The notes under the pieces are model-generated. The model made no database searches, was not told where the DNA came from, and saw only the letters and a list, made by a program, of their open reading frames with translations. DNA of 57,480 bases from Nemertoderma westbladi. Its lineage: Eukaryota > Animalia > Xenacoelomorpha. The stretch lies in assembly GCA_032718475.1 (NCBI GenBank), contig JAUCBJ010003524.1, forward strand, positions 1 through 57,480, given 5' to 3'. Position numbers and translations under genes: made by a program. Position 1 is the stretch's first letter. The number at the start of each line of letters is the position of its first letter. Positions 46,006 through 57,480 of this stretch are shown here, in pieces.

Positions 46006-49000
46006 CTAGAAAGGCATTTCCTAAAGGAAATGCAACCACGAAGCTAAGGAAAATTAAACAAACGGCCACACTTTGGTTCGTTGCTTAGCCTAGTCTAGTA
46101 GCATTTGCCAATAATTAGCTTCTATTTCCATGGAAACTAGAGTTCTATGGAACTGTTGGTTCATCCTTTGAAAAAAGATTCAGTCCAGATTGTGGTTCAG
46201 ATAACACATATACCGAGTTTCAGAAAATATTGTACTTTATGTCCAAAATACCGATTTTCTATCAAAATGCATCTGTTTGCAGTGGTTGTCAAGGAAACTG
46301 AAAAATAGAACAATGTAATTCGGATGCAGAATAAGTCATATTGTGGGGGTAGGGGTTAGTCCCAAGTCATAATACTATTAACTTGTGCTTCAAATTATCA
46401 TTTCGTAAATTTTAACATCTGTTTAGACTTGTTGCTATGGTAACTGTATTTTCTAATTAACCTCAAACGGCTTGGATATGGATCTTATAGATGTGTTGCA
46501 AAACCACAAGTTTATATATATTACAGTTTTGCTACAAATAGAGTTATCAATATAGATTTGAATGATATAGAGTTTAATAAACTACAGTTACCATGGTAAC
46601 TAAATTTCTGGAATAATTTAAGTTTCACTAAAAGTTCCAACTCGTGGTCCAGATAACACATACCCAGTTTTGTAAAATTTTATCGTGAAGTCTATGTCCA
46701 AATGAATAAGTTTTGAATAAAAACATCTGTTTTCAGCGGTTGTCATGGTAACTGAAAAATAGAACAATGTAATTCGGATGCAGAATAAGTTATATAGTGA
46801 GGGTAGGGGTTGGTCCCAAGTCATAACACCTTGCCCTTAGGCCTCAAATTAACATTTTATAAATTTTAACATCTGTTTATCCCGGTTGCCAAGGTAACTG
46901 GATTTTCTATTTAGCCCCAATCGGATCTGCTATGGACCTTATAGTTGTGTTGCGAAACCCCAAGTTTATATCTATTATAGTTATCCTACAAATAGAGTTA
47001 TAAATATTGACTTGAAATACATAGACTTTTTTTGAAGTCCGTTGCCATGGAAACCAGATTTTCCTGGATATGAGACCCGGCCCAAAAGATGCGCCTCGTC
47101 GAGTAGTATATACATGCAAAATTTCAGGGTACTTTTAAAGGCTAGTTTTTGCTGGACTTAAAAAAAAACTAATCTGCCCCATACAAGTAAAATAGCCCAC
47201 TATGAATAGACCATCTCAGCTAAGGAAAATCTTTCTTAGCGAAAGTAGTTGATTTTCCTTAGCTTCGTGGACAGTTACTAAGGTAACTATATATTTCTGG
47301 AATGATTTGAGTTTCACTAAAAGTTCCAACTAGTGGTCCAAATAACGCATTCCCAGTTTCGTAAAATTTTATCGCGAAGTCTATGTCCAAATGAGTAATT
47401 TTTATATAAAAACATATGTTTTCAGCGGTTGTCATGGTAACTGCAAAATAGAACAATCAAATTCGGACGCAGAATAAGTTATATCGTGGGGGTAGGGGTT
47501 GGTCCCAAGTCATAACACCTTAACCTTAGGCTTCAAATTAACATTTTGTCAATTTTAACATCTGTCTAGCCTGGTTTCCAAGGCAACTGGATTTTCTATT
47601 GAACCTCAATCGGCTCTGCTATGGACCTTATAGTTGTGTTGCGAAACCCCAAGTTTATATCTATTATAGTTTTTCTACAAATAGAGTTATAAATATTGAC
47701 TTGAAATACATAGACTTTTTTTAAGTCCGTTGCCATGGAAACCAGATTTTTCCCAGACATGTGACCTATCCCACACGACGCGCCTTGATGAGTAGTACAT
47801 ACATGCAAAATTTCAGGGTACTTTTAAAGGCTAGTTTTTTCTGGAGTCAAAAAACACTAAATCTGCTCCATACAAGTAAAATAGCCCACTATGAATACAC
47901 GAGAAAGCGAGAAAGGCATTTCCTAAAGGAAATGCAACCACGAAGCTAAGGAAAATTAAACAAAGGGCCACAATTTGGTTTGTTGCTTAGCCTAGTTTAG
48001 TAGCATTTGCCAATAAATAACTTATATTCCCATGGAAACTAGAATTCTCTGGAACTGTTGGTTTAACCTTTGAAAAAAAATTTAGTACAGATTGTGGTTC
48101 AGATAATACATATACCGAATTTCAGAAATTATTGTAGTTTATGCCCAAATTACCGATTTTCTATCAAAATGCATCTGTTTGCAGTGGTTGTCATGGAAAC
48201 TGAAAAATAGAACAATGTAATTCGGATGCAGAATAAGTCATATAGTGGGGGTAGGTCTTGGTCCCAAGTCATAATACTATTAACTTGTGTTTAAAATTAT
48301 CATTTTAGAAATTTTAACATCTGTTTAGTCTTGTTGCTATGGTAATTGGATTGTGTAATTAACCTCGAATGGATTGTATATGGACCTTTCGGATGAGTTG
48401 CAAAACCATAAATTTATATTTATTACATTATTTTGCTACAAATAGAGTATTGAATTTAGACTTGAATGATATAGACTTTAATAAACTCCTGGTACCATGG
48501 TAACAAGATATTTCCGGACTGTTTTCAGTTTCACTAAAAGTTCCAACTAATGGTCCAGATAACATATTCCCAGTTTCGTAAAATTTTATCGCGAAGTCTA
48601 TGTCCAAATGAGTAATTTTTGCATAAAAACATCTGTTTACAGCGGTTGTCATGGTAACTGCAAAATAAAACAAAGAAATTCGGACGCAGAATAAGTTATA
48701 TAGTGGGGGTAGGGATTGGTCCCAATTCATAACACATTAACCTTAGGCTTCAAATTAACATTTTATAAATTTTAACATCTGTTTAGCCCGGTTGCCAAGG
48801 CAACTGGATTTTCTATTGAACCTCAATCGGCTCTGCTATGGACCTTATAGTTGAGTTGAGAAATCCCAAGTTTATATGTATTATAGTTTTTCTACAAATA
48901 GAGTTATAAATATTGACTTGAAATACATAGACTTTTTTCTAAGTCCGTTGCCATGGAAACCAGATTTTTCCTGAATATGAGACCCATCCCACACGACGCG

Positions 49001-52000
49001 CCTCAATGAGTAGTACATACATGCAAAATTTCAGGGTACTTTTAAAGGCTAGTTTTTTCCCCGACCAAAAAAAAACAAATCTGCCCCATACAAATAAAAT
49101 AGCCCACTATGAATAGACCATCTCAGCTAAGGAAAATCTTTCTTAGCGAAAGTAGTTGATTTTCCTTAGCTTCGTGGACTACTGAAATTAATGTCCACTT
49201 ATACAAAGTGATGTTCTACCAGTTATTCACTACTAGAAAGGCATTTCCTAAAGGAAATGCAACCACGAAGCTAAGGAAAATTAAACACACTTTGACTCAT
49301 CACTTCATTGCTTTACAGAGTTAAGAGGCATATGCCTTAAAAACTCATATTACAATGGCAACCGGAATTTTCTAGAACTGCTGAGGATTACATTAAGATC
49401 CGGTTTGTGGTTCCAGGTGACACATACTTCAATTCAGTTTCATTGAGTAGTTAATGTGTAAAACAAAGTATTTAATTGTTAAAACGTCTGTTTGTAGTGG
49501 TTGTCATGGAAATTAAATTGGATTAAATTGTAAATTGATTGTAAATTAAATTGGATGCGGAATTAGTGATATAGTGGGGGTAGGGATTGGTCCCAAGTCG
49601 TAATACCTTAATGTTATGCTTCAAATAACCATTTTATAAATTTGAACATCTGTTTGGCATGGTTGCCCTGGTAACTGGATTTTCTAATTAACCTCAATCA
49701 GCTCGACTATTGTCCTTATCATTGAGTTGAGAAACCCCAAGTTTATATCTATTGCGGTTATTCTATAAATAGAGTTATGAATATAGACTTGAATGATATA
49801 ATCTGTAATAAACTCCAGTTACCACGGTAACTAGATATTTCTGGAATGTTTTTTAGTTTCACTAAAAGTTCCAACTAGTGGTCTAGTTAACACATAACCA
49901 GTTTCGTAAAATTTTATAGCGAAGTCTATGTCCAAATTAGTAATTTTTGTATAAAAACATCTGTTTCAGCGGTTGTCATGGTAACTGCAAAATAGAACAA
50001 TCAAATTCGGACGCAGAATAAGTTATATAGTGGGGGTAGGGGTTGGTCCCAAGTCATAACACCTTAACCTTAGGCTTCAAATTAACATTTTATAAATTTT
50101 AACATCTGTTTAGCCCGGTTGCCAAGGTAACTGGATTTTCTATTTAACCTCAATCGGCTCTGCTATGGACCTTATAGTTGAGTTGAGAAACCCCAAGTTT
50201 ATATCTATTATAGTTTTCCTACAAATAGAGTTATAAATATTGACTTGAAATACATAGACTTTTTTCTAAGTCCGTTGCCATGGAAACCAGATTTTTCCTG
50301 GATATGAGACCCATCCCACACGACGCGCCTTGATGAGTAGTATATACATGCAAAATTTCAGGGTACTTTTAAAGGCTAGTTTTTTCCCCGACCAAAAAAC
50401 ACTAAATCTGCCTCACACAAGTAAAATAGCCCACTATGAATAGACCATCTCAGCTAAGGAAAATCTTTCTTAGCGAAAGTAGTTGATTTTCCTTAGCTTC
50501 GTGGATTATAGTTTTCCTACAAATAGAGTTTTAAATATTGACTTGAAATACTAGAAAGGCATTTCCTAAAGGAAATGCAACCACGAAGCTAAGGAAAATT
50601 AAACAAACGGCCACAATTTGGTTCGTTGCTTAGCCTAGTTTAGTAGCATTTGCCAATAAATAACTTCTATTCCCATGGAAACTAGAGTTCTCTGGAACTG
50701 TTGGTTTTACCTTTGAAAAAAGATTCAGTCCAGATTGTTTTTCAGATAACACATCGAGTTTCAGAAAATATTGTAGTTTATGTCCAAATTACAGATTTTC
50801 TATCAAAATGCATCTGTTTGCAGTGGTTGTCATGGAAACTGAAAAATAGAACAATGTAATTCGGATGCAGAATAAGTCATATAGTGGGGGTAGGTGTTGG
50901 TCCCAAGTCATAATACTATTAAATTGTGCTTCAAATTATCATTTTATTAATTTTAACATCTGTTTACTCTTGTTGCTATGGTAAATGGATTTTCTAATTA
51001 ACTTCGAACGGCTTGTATATGGACCTTATAGATGAGTTGCAAAACCCCAAGTTTATATATATTACAGTTTTTCTCCAAATAGAGTTATGATTATAGACTT
51101 GAATGATATATAACTTTAAAAAAACTACAGTTACCATGGTAACTAGATATTTCTGGAATGTTTTGAGTTTCACTAAAAGTTCCAACTAGTGGTCCAGATA
51201 ACACATACCTAGTTTCGTAAAATTTTATCGTGAAGTCTATGTACAAATGAATAATTTTCGTATAAAAACATCTGTTTTCAGCGGTTGTCAAGGTAACTGC
51301 AAAATAGAACAATCAAATTCGGACGCAGAATAAGTTATATAGTGGGGGTAGGGATTGGTCCCAAGTCATCACACCTTAACCTTAGGCTTCAAATTAACAT
51401 TTTAAAAATTTTAACATCTGTTTAGCCCGGTTGCCAAGGTAACTGGATTTTCTATTTAACCTCAATCGGCTCTGCTATGGACCTTATAGTTGTGTTGAGA
51501 AACCCCAAGTTTATATGTATTATAGTTTTCCTACAAATAGAGTTACAAATATTGACTTGAAATACATAGACTTTTTTCTAAGTCCGTTGCCATGGAAACC
51601 AGATTTTTCCTGGAGATGAGACCCATCCCACACGACGCGCCTTGATGAGTTGTATATACATGCAAAATTTCAGGGTACTTTTAAAGGCTAGTTTTTTCCC
51701 CGACCAAAAAAAACCAAATCTGCCCCATACAAGTAAAATAGCCCACTATGAATAGACCATCTCAGCTAAGGAAAATCTTTCTTAGCGAAAGTAGTTGATT
51801 TTCCTTAGCTTCGTGGACATAGACTTTTTTCTAAGTCCGTTGCCATGGAAACCAGATTTTTCCTGGATATGAGACCCAGCCCAAAAGATGCGCCTCGACG
51901 AGTAGTATATACATGCAAAATTTGAGGGTACTTTTAAAGGCTAGTTTTTTCACCGGTCAAAAAAAACCAAATCTGCTCCATACAAGTAAAATAGCCCACT

Positions 52001-52070
52001 ATGAATAGACCATCTCAGCTAAGGAAAATCTTTCTTAGCGAAAGTAGTTGATTTTCCTTAGCTTCGTGGA
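46006..52070 (-). mobile_element. Cluster of non-autonomous Helitron/Helentron-like 1.27-kb elements: full copies 46006-47271, 47908-49178, 49233-50505, 50551-51817; partial copies 47272-47897 and 50506-50550 + 51818-52070
   Basis: On the minus strand each unit starts TCCACGAAGCTAAGGAAAATC with a 5' stem-loop. It ends with the inverted ATTTTCCTTAGCTTCGTGG, the hairpin GCATTTCCTTTAGGAAATGC and CTAG/CTCG. No TSD. Internal ~450-bp subrepeats. Confidence 0.85.
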
Positions 52071-52360
52071 TTGTATAGCTTTGCAGCAATCGAGATCAAT
52101 GAGATTACCCGAAAAGAACCATAGAGAGTTAGGTTGCCTTTCTTGGGAACTGGCACCAACTTATTTGTTTTCATTTCTTGTGGGACTCTTGTTGTTCGAT
52201 ACATGTCTACTATGATGGGATAGATGAGCTTTAAACACTCAGGTATTTTAAAGACCTCAGGGGGAACACCATCTACTCCACTGGCACGATTGGTCTTAAT
52301 GCTCTTTGCAGCAGCCTTCACTTCTGCAAAGGAGATATCACCAATGGGAATATCTACAAG
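52071..52360 (-). pseudogene. LINE reverse transcriptase fragment (RTE-like, N-terminal subdomains)
   Basis: ISFAEVKAAAKSIKTNRASGVDGVPPEVFK...LVPVPKKGNL...FRVISLISIAAKLYN, cut by the Helitron-like copy. Confidence 0.85.
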
Positions 52361-52923
52361 CCTACAACCACGCGCCATCGCGTATCCCTTCCCTTTCAAC
52401 TAATTAATATACCAACCCTAAATAAATTAATTAAATCCAAAACCGGCATAATTCTTGCCAACAAAATATTGGTGAATAAATCATAGGTAATCAAGGTGTG
52501 TGGTAAATCTAATTATTATAGCCATTGTTCGTAATCTAAGGTTGCTAGGTGATACAAAACGCTAAATCTTATCATTTAATCTCATAGGTTCCCGTTATTA
52601 TGATATGGTTCTCCCCTCCCTCCTCCCTAGTAAAGGTTAATTTGCTAAAACTTTTCGCCGCGTACATTAAAATATGGATTAATTATTATTATTTCTGATA
52701 TTTAAAATATTTGAAACACTTGGTTAAAAATATTATATAAGTGTGTCTTTGTGTCTTACATTATGCAGTATGTCTGCGTAACGTTTAAATACAAACAAAG
52801 TTATAAATTTATAATAAATGCAACATAGCTAGATTTGAATTCATTCGAATGTAATTTTTAACCAGGAGTGAAATATTCACACTGTAATGACTATTAAATT
52901 TTTTCAATGATTACTATATATTA

Positions 52924-55480
52924 CGAGAAAGGCATTTCCTAAAGGAAATGCAACCACGAAGCTAAGGAAAATTAAACAAACGGCCACACTTTGGTTCGTT
53001 GCTTATAGCCTAGTTTAGTAGCAATTGCCAATAATTTACGTCTATTCCCATGGAAACTAGAGTTCTCTGGAACTGTGGGTTTTACCTTTGAAAAAAGATT
53101 CAGTCCAGATTGTGGTTCAGATTATAACACATATACCGAGTTCAGAAAATATTGTAGTTTATGTCCAAATTACCGATTTTCTATCAAAATGCATCTGTTT
53201 GCAGTGGTTGTCATGGAAACTGAAAAATATAATAATGTAATTCGGATGCAGAATAAGTCATATAGTGGGGGTAGGTCTTGGTCCCAAGTCATAATACTAT
53301 TAACTTGTGCTTCAAATTATCATTTTATAAATAGTAACATCTGTTTAGTCTTGTTGCTATGGTAACTGTACTTTCTAATTAACCTCAAACGGCTTGGATG
53401 GATATGGAAATTATAGATGAGTTACAAAACCCCAAGTTTATATATATTACAGTTTTGCTAGAAATAGAGTTATCAATATAGACTTGAATGATATAGAGTT
53501 TAATAAACTACAGTTACCATGGTAACTAAATTTCTGGAATGATTTAAGTTTCACTAAAAGTTCCAACTAGTGGTGCAGATAACACATACCCAGTTTTGTA
53601 AAATTTTATCGCGAAGTCTATGTCCAAATGAATAATTTTTGTATAAAAACATCTGTTTTCGGCTGTTGTCATGGTAACTGAAAAATAGAACAATGTAATT
53701 CGGATGCAGAATAAGTTATATAGTGGGGGTAGGGGTTGGTCTCAAGTCATAACACCTTGCCCTTAGGCCTCAAATTATCATTTTATAAATTTTAACATCT
53801 GTTTATCCCGGTTGCCAAGGTAACTGGATTTTCTATTTAGCCTCAATCGGATCTGCTATGGACCTTATAGTTGTGTTGCAAAACCCCAAGTTTAAATCTA
53901 TTATAGTTTTCCTACAAATAGAGTTATAAATATTGACTTGAAATACATAGACTTTTTTTGAAGTCCGTTGCCATGGAAACCAGATTTTTCCTGGATATGA
54001 GACCCGGCCCAAAAGATGCGCCTCGCCGAGTAGTATATACATGCAAAATTTCAGGGTACTTTTAAAGGCTAGTTTTTTCGCCTATCAAAAAACCCCAAAT
54101 CTGCCTCACACAAGTAAAATAGCCCACTATGAATAGACCATCTCAGCTAAGGAAAATCTTTCTTAGCGAAAGTAGTTGATTTTCCTTAGCTTCGTGGACC
54201 GTATTCCATACGAGAAAGGCATTTCCTAAAGGAAATGCAACCACGAAGCTAAGGAAAATTAAACAAACGGCCACACTTTGGTTCGTTGCTTAGCCTCGTT
54301 TAGTAGCATTTGTCAATAATTAACTTCTATTCCCATGGAAACTAGAGTTCTCTGGAACTGTTGCTTTAACCTTTGAAAAAAAATTCAGTACAGATTGTGG
54401 TTCAGATAACACATATACTGAGTTTCAGAAAATATTGTAGTTTATGTCCAAATTACCGATTTTCTATCAAAATGCATCTGTTTGCAGTGGTTGTCATGGA
54501 AACTGAAAAATAGAACAATGTAATTCGGATGCAGAATAAGTCATATAGTGGGGGTAGGGGTTGGTCCCAAGTCATAATACTATTAACTTGTGTTTCAAAT
54601 TATCATTTTAGAAATTTTAACATCTGTTTAGTCTTGTTGCTATGGTAATTGGATTGTGTAATTAACCTCGAATGGATTGTATATGGACCTTACAGATGAG
54701 TTGCAAAACCCCAAATTTATATTTATTACATTATTTTGCTACAAATAGAGTATTGAATTTAGACTTGAATGATATAGACTTTAATAAACTCCAGTTACCA
54801 TGGTAACAAGATATTTCTGGACTGTTTTCAGTTTCACTAAAAGTTCCAACTAATGGTCCAGATAACACATTCCCAGTTTCGTAAAATTTTATCGCGAAGT
54901 CTATGTCCAAATGAGTAATTTTTGCATAAAAACATCTGTTTTCAGCGGTTGTCATGGTAACTGCAAAATAAAACAATGAAATTCGGACGCAGAATAAGTT
55001 ATATAGTGGGGGTAGGGTTGGTCCCAAGTCATAACACATTAACCTTAGGCTTCAAATTAACATTTTATAAATTTTAACATCTGTTTATCCCGGTTGCCAA
55101 GGTAACTGGATTTTCTATTTAGCCTCAATCGGATCTGCTATGGACCTTATAGTTGTGTTGCGAAACCCCAAGTTTATATCTATTATAGTTTTCCTACAAA
55201 TAGAGTTATAAATATTGACTTGAAATACATAGACTTTTTTTGAAGTCCGTTGCCATGGAAACCAGATTTTTCCTGGATATGAGACCCGGCCCAAAAGATG
55301 CGCCTCGTCGAGTAGTATATACATGCAAAATTTCAGGGTACTTTTAAAGGCTAGTTTTTTCGCCGATCAAAAAACCCCAAATCTGCCTCACACAAGTAAA
55401 ATAGCCCACTATGAATAGACCATCTCAGCTAAGGAAAATCTTTCTTAGCGAAAGTAGTTGATTTTCCTTAGCTTCGTGGA
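52924..55480 (-). mobile_element. Two more full copies of the 1.27-kb Helitron-like element (52924-54198 and 54211-55480) separated by 12 bp
   Basis: Same termini and body as the 46006-47271 unit. Spacer CCGTATTCCATA. Confidence 0.88.
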
Positions 55481-56829
55481 CAATATGACACTGAATTCCA
55501 AGGATAGGAAAATGGACAGTTTTGCCCGTTTTGATCTTGTTCGTTGATGTGCAGGTTCGTGATACAGTGTTCGTCAATTCTTTGGAATCGATGACCACAC
55601 CTTGGCTGAAAATAAGGGTCAGGCCTGATCAGATAGCAACACGCATCTACTGTACTCCACTCTAAATAGGATGAAACGAATTTAGGAATGAAATAATAAT
55701 ATGATGTGGGGGGGGGGGGGGGGGGGGGGATTCATTTGCGATTGTTGCAAACTAAGGGAACTACCGGTATATAACTTGTTAGAGAAGGTTTTGCAAAATG
55801 TCTATATAGTATAGTGTAGGTAGAGTGCATGGCACTAATGTCAATCACACGATCTGTTGTTTTAGACCATATGGCCTACAACAGTGCGGAACAGCTCATT
55901 ATGGATAAAGAACATCATCACATAATGTAGAGTCTGCATCGATTGTTTCGAGTTGAACACTTGCACAGTGTTATTCAAATGGAATGTGGATTGTGGATTA
56001 TCTTTTAGCGAGATTGATTAATTTATGTACGCTTAACAATAACTGTAACCAAAGGGAATCATACTCTCTATGTAAAGGCATATAAAAGCGATGTTGAACG
56101 AGAATGACTCTTAAAAGCAATCTATAATTAATTGAGGGTGTTGCTAATTTGTAACTATTGTACAGGGTAATGTGAAACTAACCTTGGTAATCGCATTTAC
56201 AGTAGGGGCTACATGCAGACCACATGCCTCACTACACCGCTAAACGTATAATTATGAATAGGCCTATTGTTATTCTAACTAATAATAGGTTTGCCACCAA
56301 TAAATGGTTCTTTCAAACCACCTGGTGTGTACTACACACATACAGTACAGAACATTTAACACTCATACTGACGAGTATCAAACCTTTTAACTATCCAATA
56401 AGAATTTTGATGACATTATTAAATGGGATATTAATATTATTTAATTTTATATCGACCTTGTTTGTTGTTGTAGTGGTTGTTGATGATGAAGTTGTTGTTG
56501 AACGTAACATGTTTTTATCAGTTCATTTAATTCCAGTGTTAAGGTGCTTTATACTTTTCTCTATTGGATGTGGAAGCAATAGAGAATACGATTGTCTATC
56601 TAAAAGTAACTTAGTTACTTAATAAACAGGTTGTTAAATTTTTTCATGGATTTTCTTTGTATTTCTTACTGTAGTTCAGCACACTCTATGGGGACGAGTG
56701 AGGAATTATATTATCATACAATTATATAAATACTATTAATTATTATAATAAAAAAAATATAGTAAATAGTACCAGTATTCCAAATGTCTGAATGTTTTGT
56801 GAACTCCACCTACCTGGCTCCAGAAGTCG

Positions 56830-57480
56830 AGGAAATCCTGCCAAGTACCTAACTGATCTAGACTTTGCTGATGACTTAGGAGTACTCTCAGAATCAATTA
56901 GAGGGAGCCCAACGGCTCCTCAGCTCATTAGAACATGCTGCTTCTAGTGTTGGTCTTTTATACTAACTCCAGAAAGACCAAAATTCGGACAGTTAACTTT
57001 GAAAGTCCTCAGCAAGTCTCTGATCGGATGAGCATAAGCTCAAAGGATGGTATGCTTGAGCATGTGGACGACTTCTGTTACCTGGGATCATGGATCCGGA
57101 AGTCAGGTGAGGACCTTCGGATACGTAAGGGAAAGCTTTGCCTTGAATAGGCTTTCCAGGATTTGGAAGTCACCGAGAATTAATCGGAAACTTAAGGTCC
57201 GATTATTTAGAGCAGCAGTAGTTCCAGTACTCCTCTACGGGAGTCCATGCTGGGGCTCTAACTGCTGAGGACACCAAATCTCTGGATGGCACATTTCACA
57301 AGAATGCTACGCCGGGTTCATTGTGTCAAGTACAATGCACACATCTCCAACGAGACACTATATAACATTGGAGGTGTCTCATTGGTTCCCCCAAGCTTGG
57401 CACTAGAACAAAATCGCCCCCGCTTTGCAGGACATTGCTTTCGCCGTGGAGGACCAGCCAGTGCATAATCTTGTACTTGG
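56830..57480 (+). pseudogene. Decayed RTE-clade LINE, RT C-terminal region; runs off the window
   Basis: TDLDFADDL, VDDFCYLGSWI, KVRLFRAAVVPVLLYGS, RMLRRV and RFAGHCFR spread across several frameshifts. Confidence 0.88.

Noticed and set aside
46618-55324. Recurring 60-100-aa ORFs in the 1.27-kb repeats
   Set aside because: Starts and stops are inconsistent among copies; these are non-coding element bodies.
56224-56622. 132-aa hydrophobic ORF
   Set aside because: Low-complexity AT-rich/GTT-repeat sequence with no motif support.

Overview
This is AT-rich animal genomic DNA, probably from a marine invertebrate (weak inference), and it consists almost entirely of nested transposable elements. 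From left to right: (1) a Helentron/HINE-like element (2890-13647) that carries a second copy of itself inside its own microsatellite, a 422-bp MITE, and a 5.0-kb Mutator (MULE) element with long TIRs, a 9-bp TSD and a probably spliced transposase gene; (2) a decayed Harbinger element; (3) a 4.1-kb compound satellite whose unit changes stepwise; (4) an internally deleted RTE-type LINE; (5) nested TIR elements including a pogo DD35D element abutting a divergent 28S rRNA fragment; (6) one apparent host gene (31167-32408) encoding a type II membrane protein with three beta/gamma-crystallin-like domains; (7) a 12.2-kb BEL/Pao LTR element whose open 1548-aa ORF keeps gag and protease but lacks RT and the integrase core; (8) a cluster of about 8 copies of a 1.27-kb non-autonomous Helitron-like element, each with about 7 RFX X-box-like palindromes, inserted into and beside one another; (9) further RTE fragments. 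The best candidates for something undescribed are the membrane-anchored crystallin-domain gene, the gag-pro-only BEL element, the self-targeting X-box-rich Helitron family and the MULE with an extra zinc-finger exon. All family calls come from motif recognition by eye; no database searches were run.
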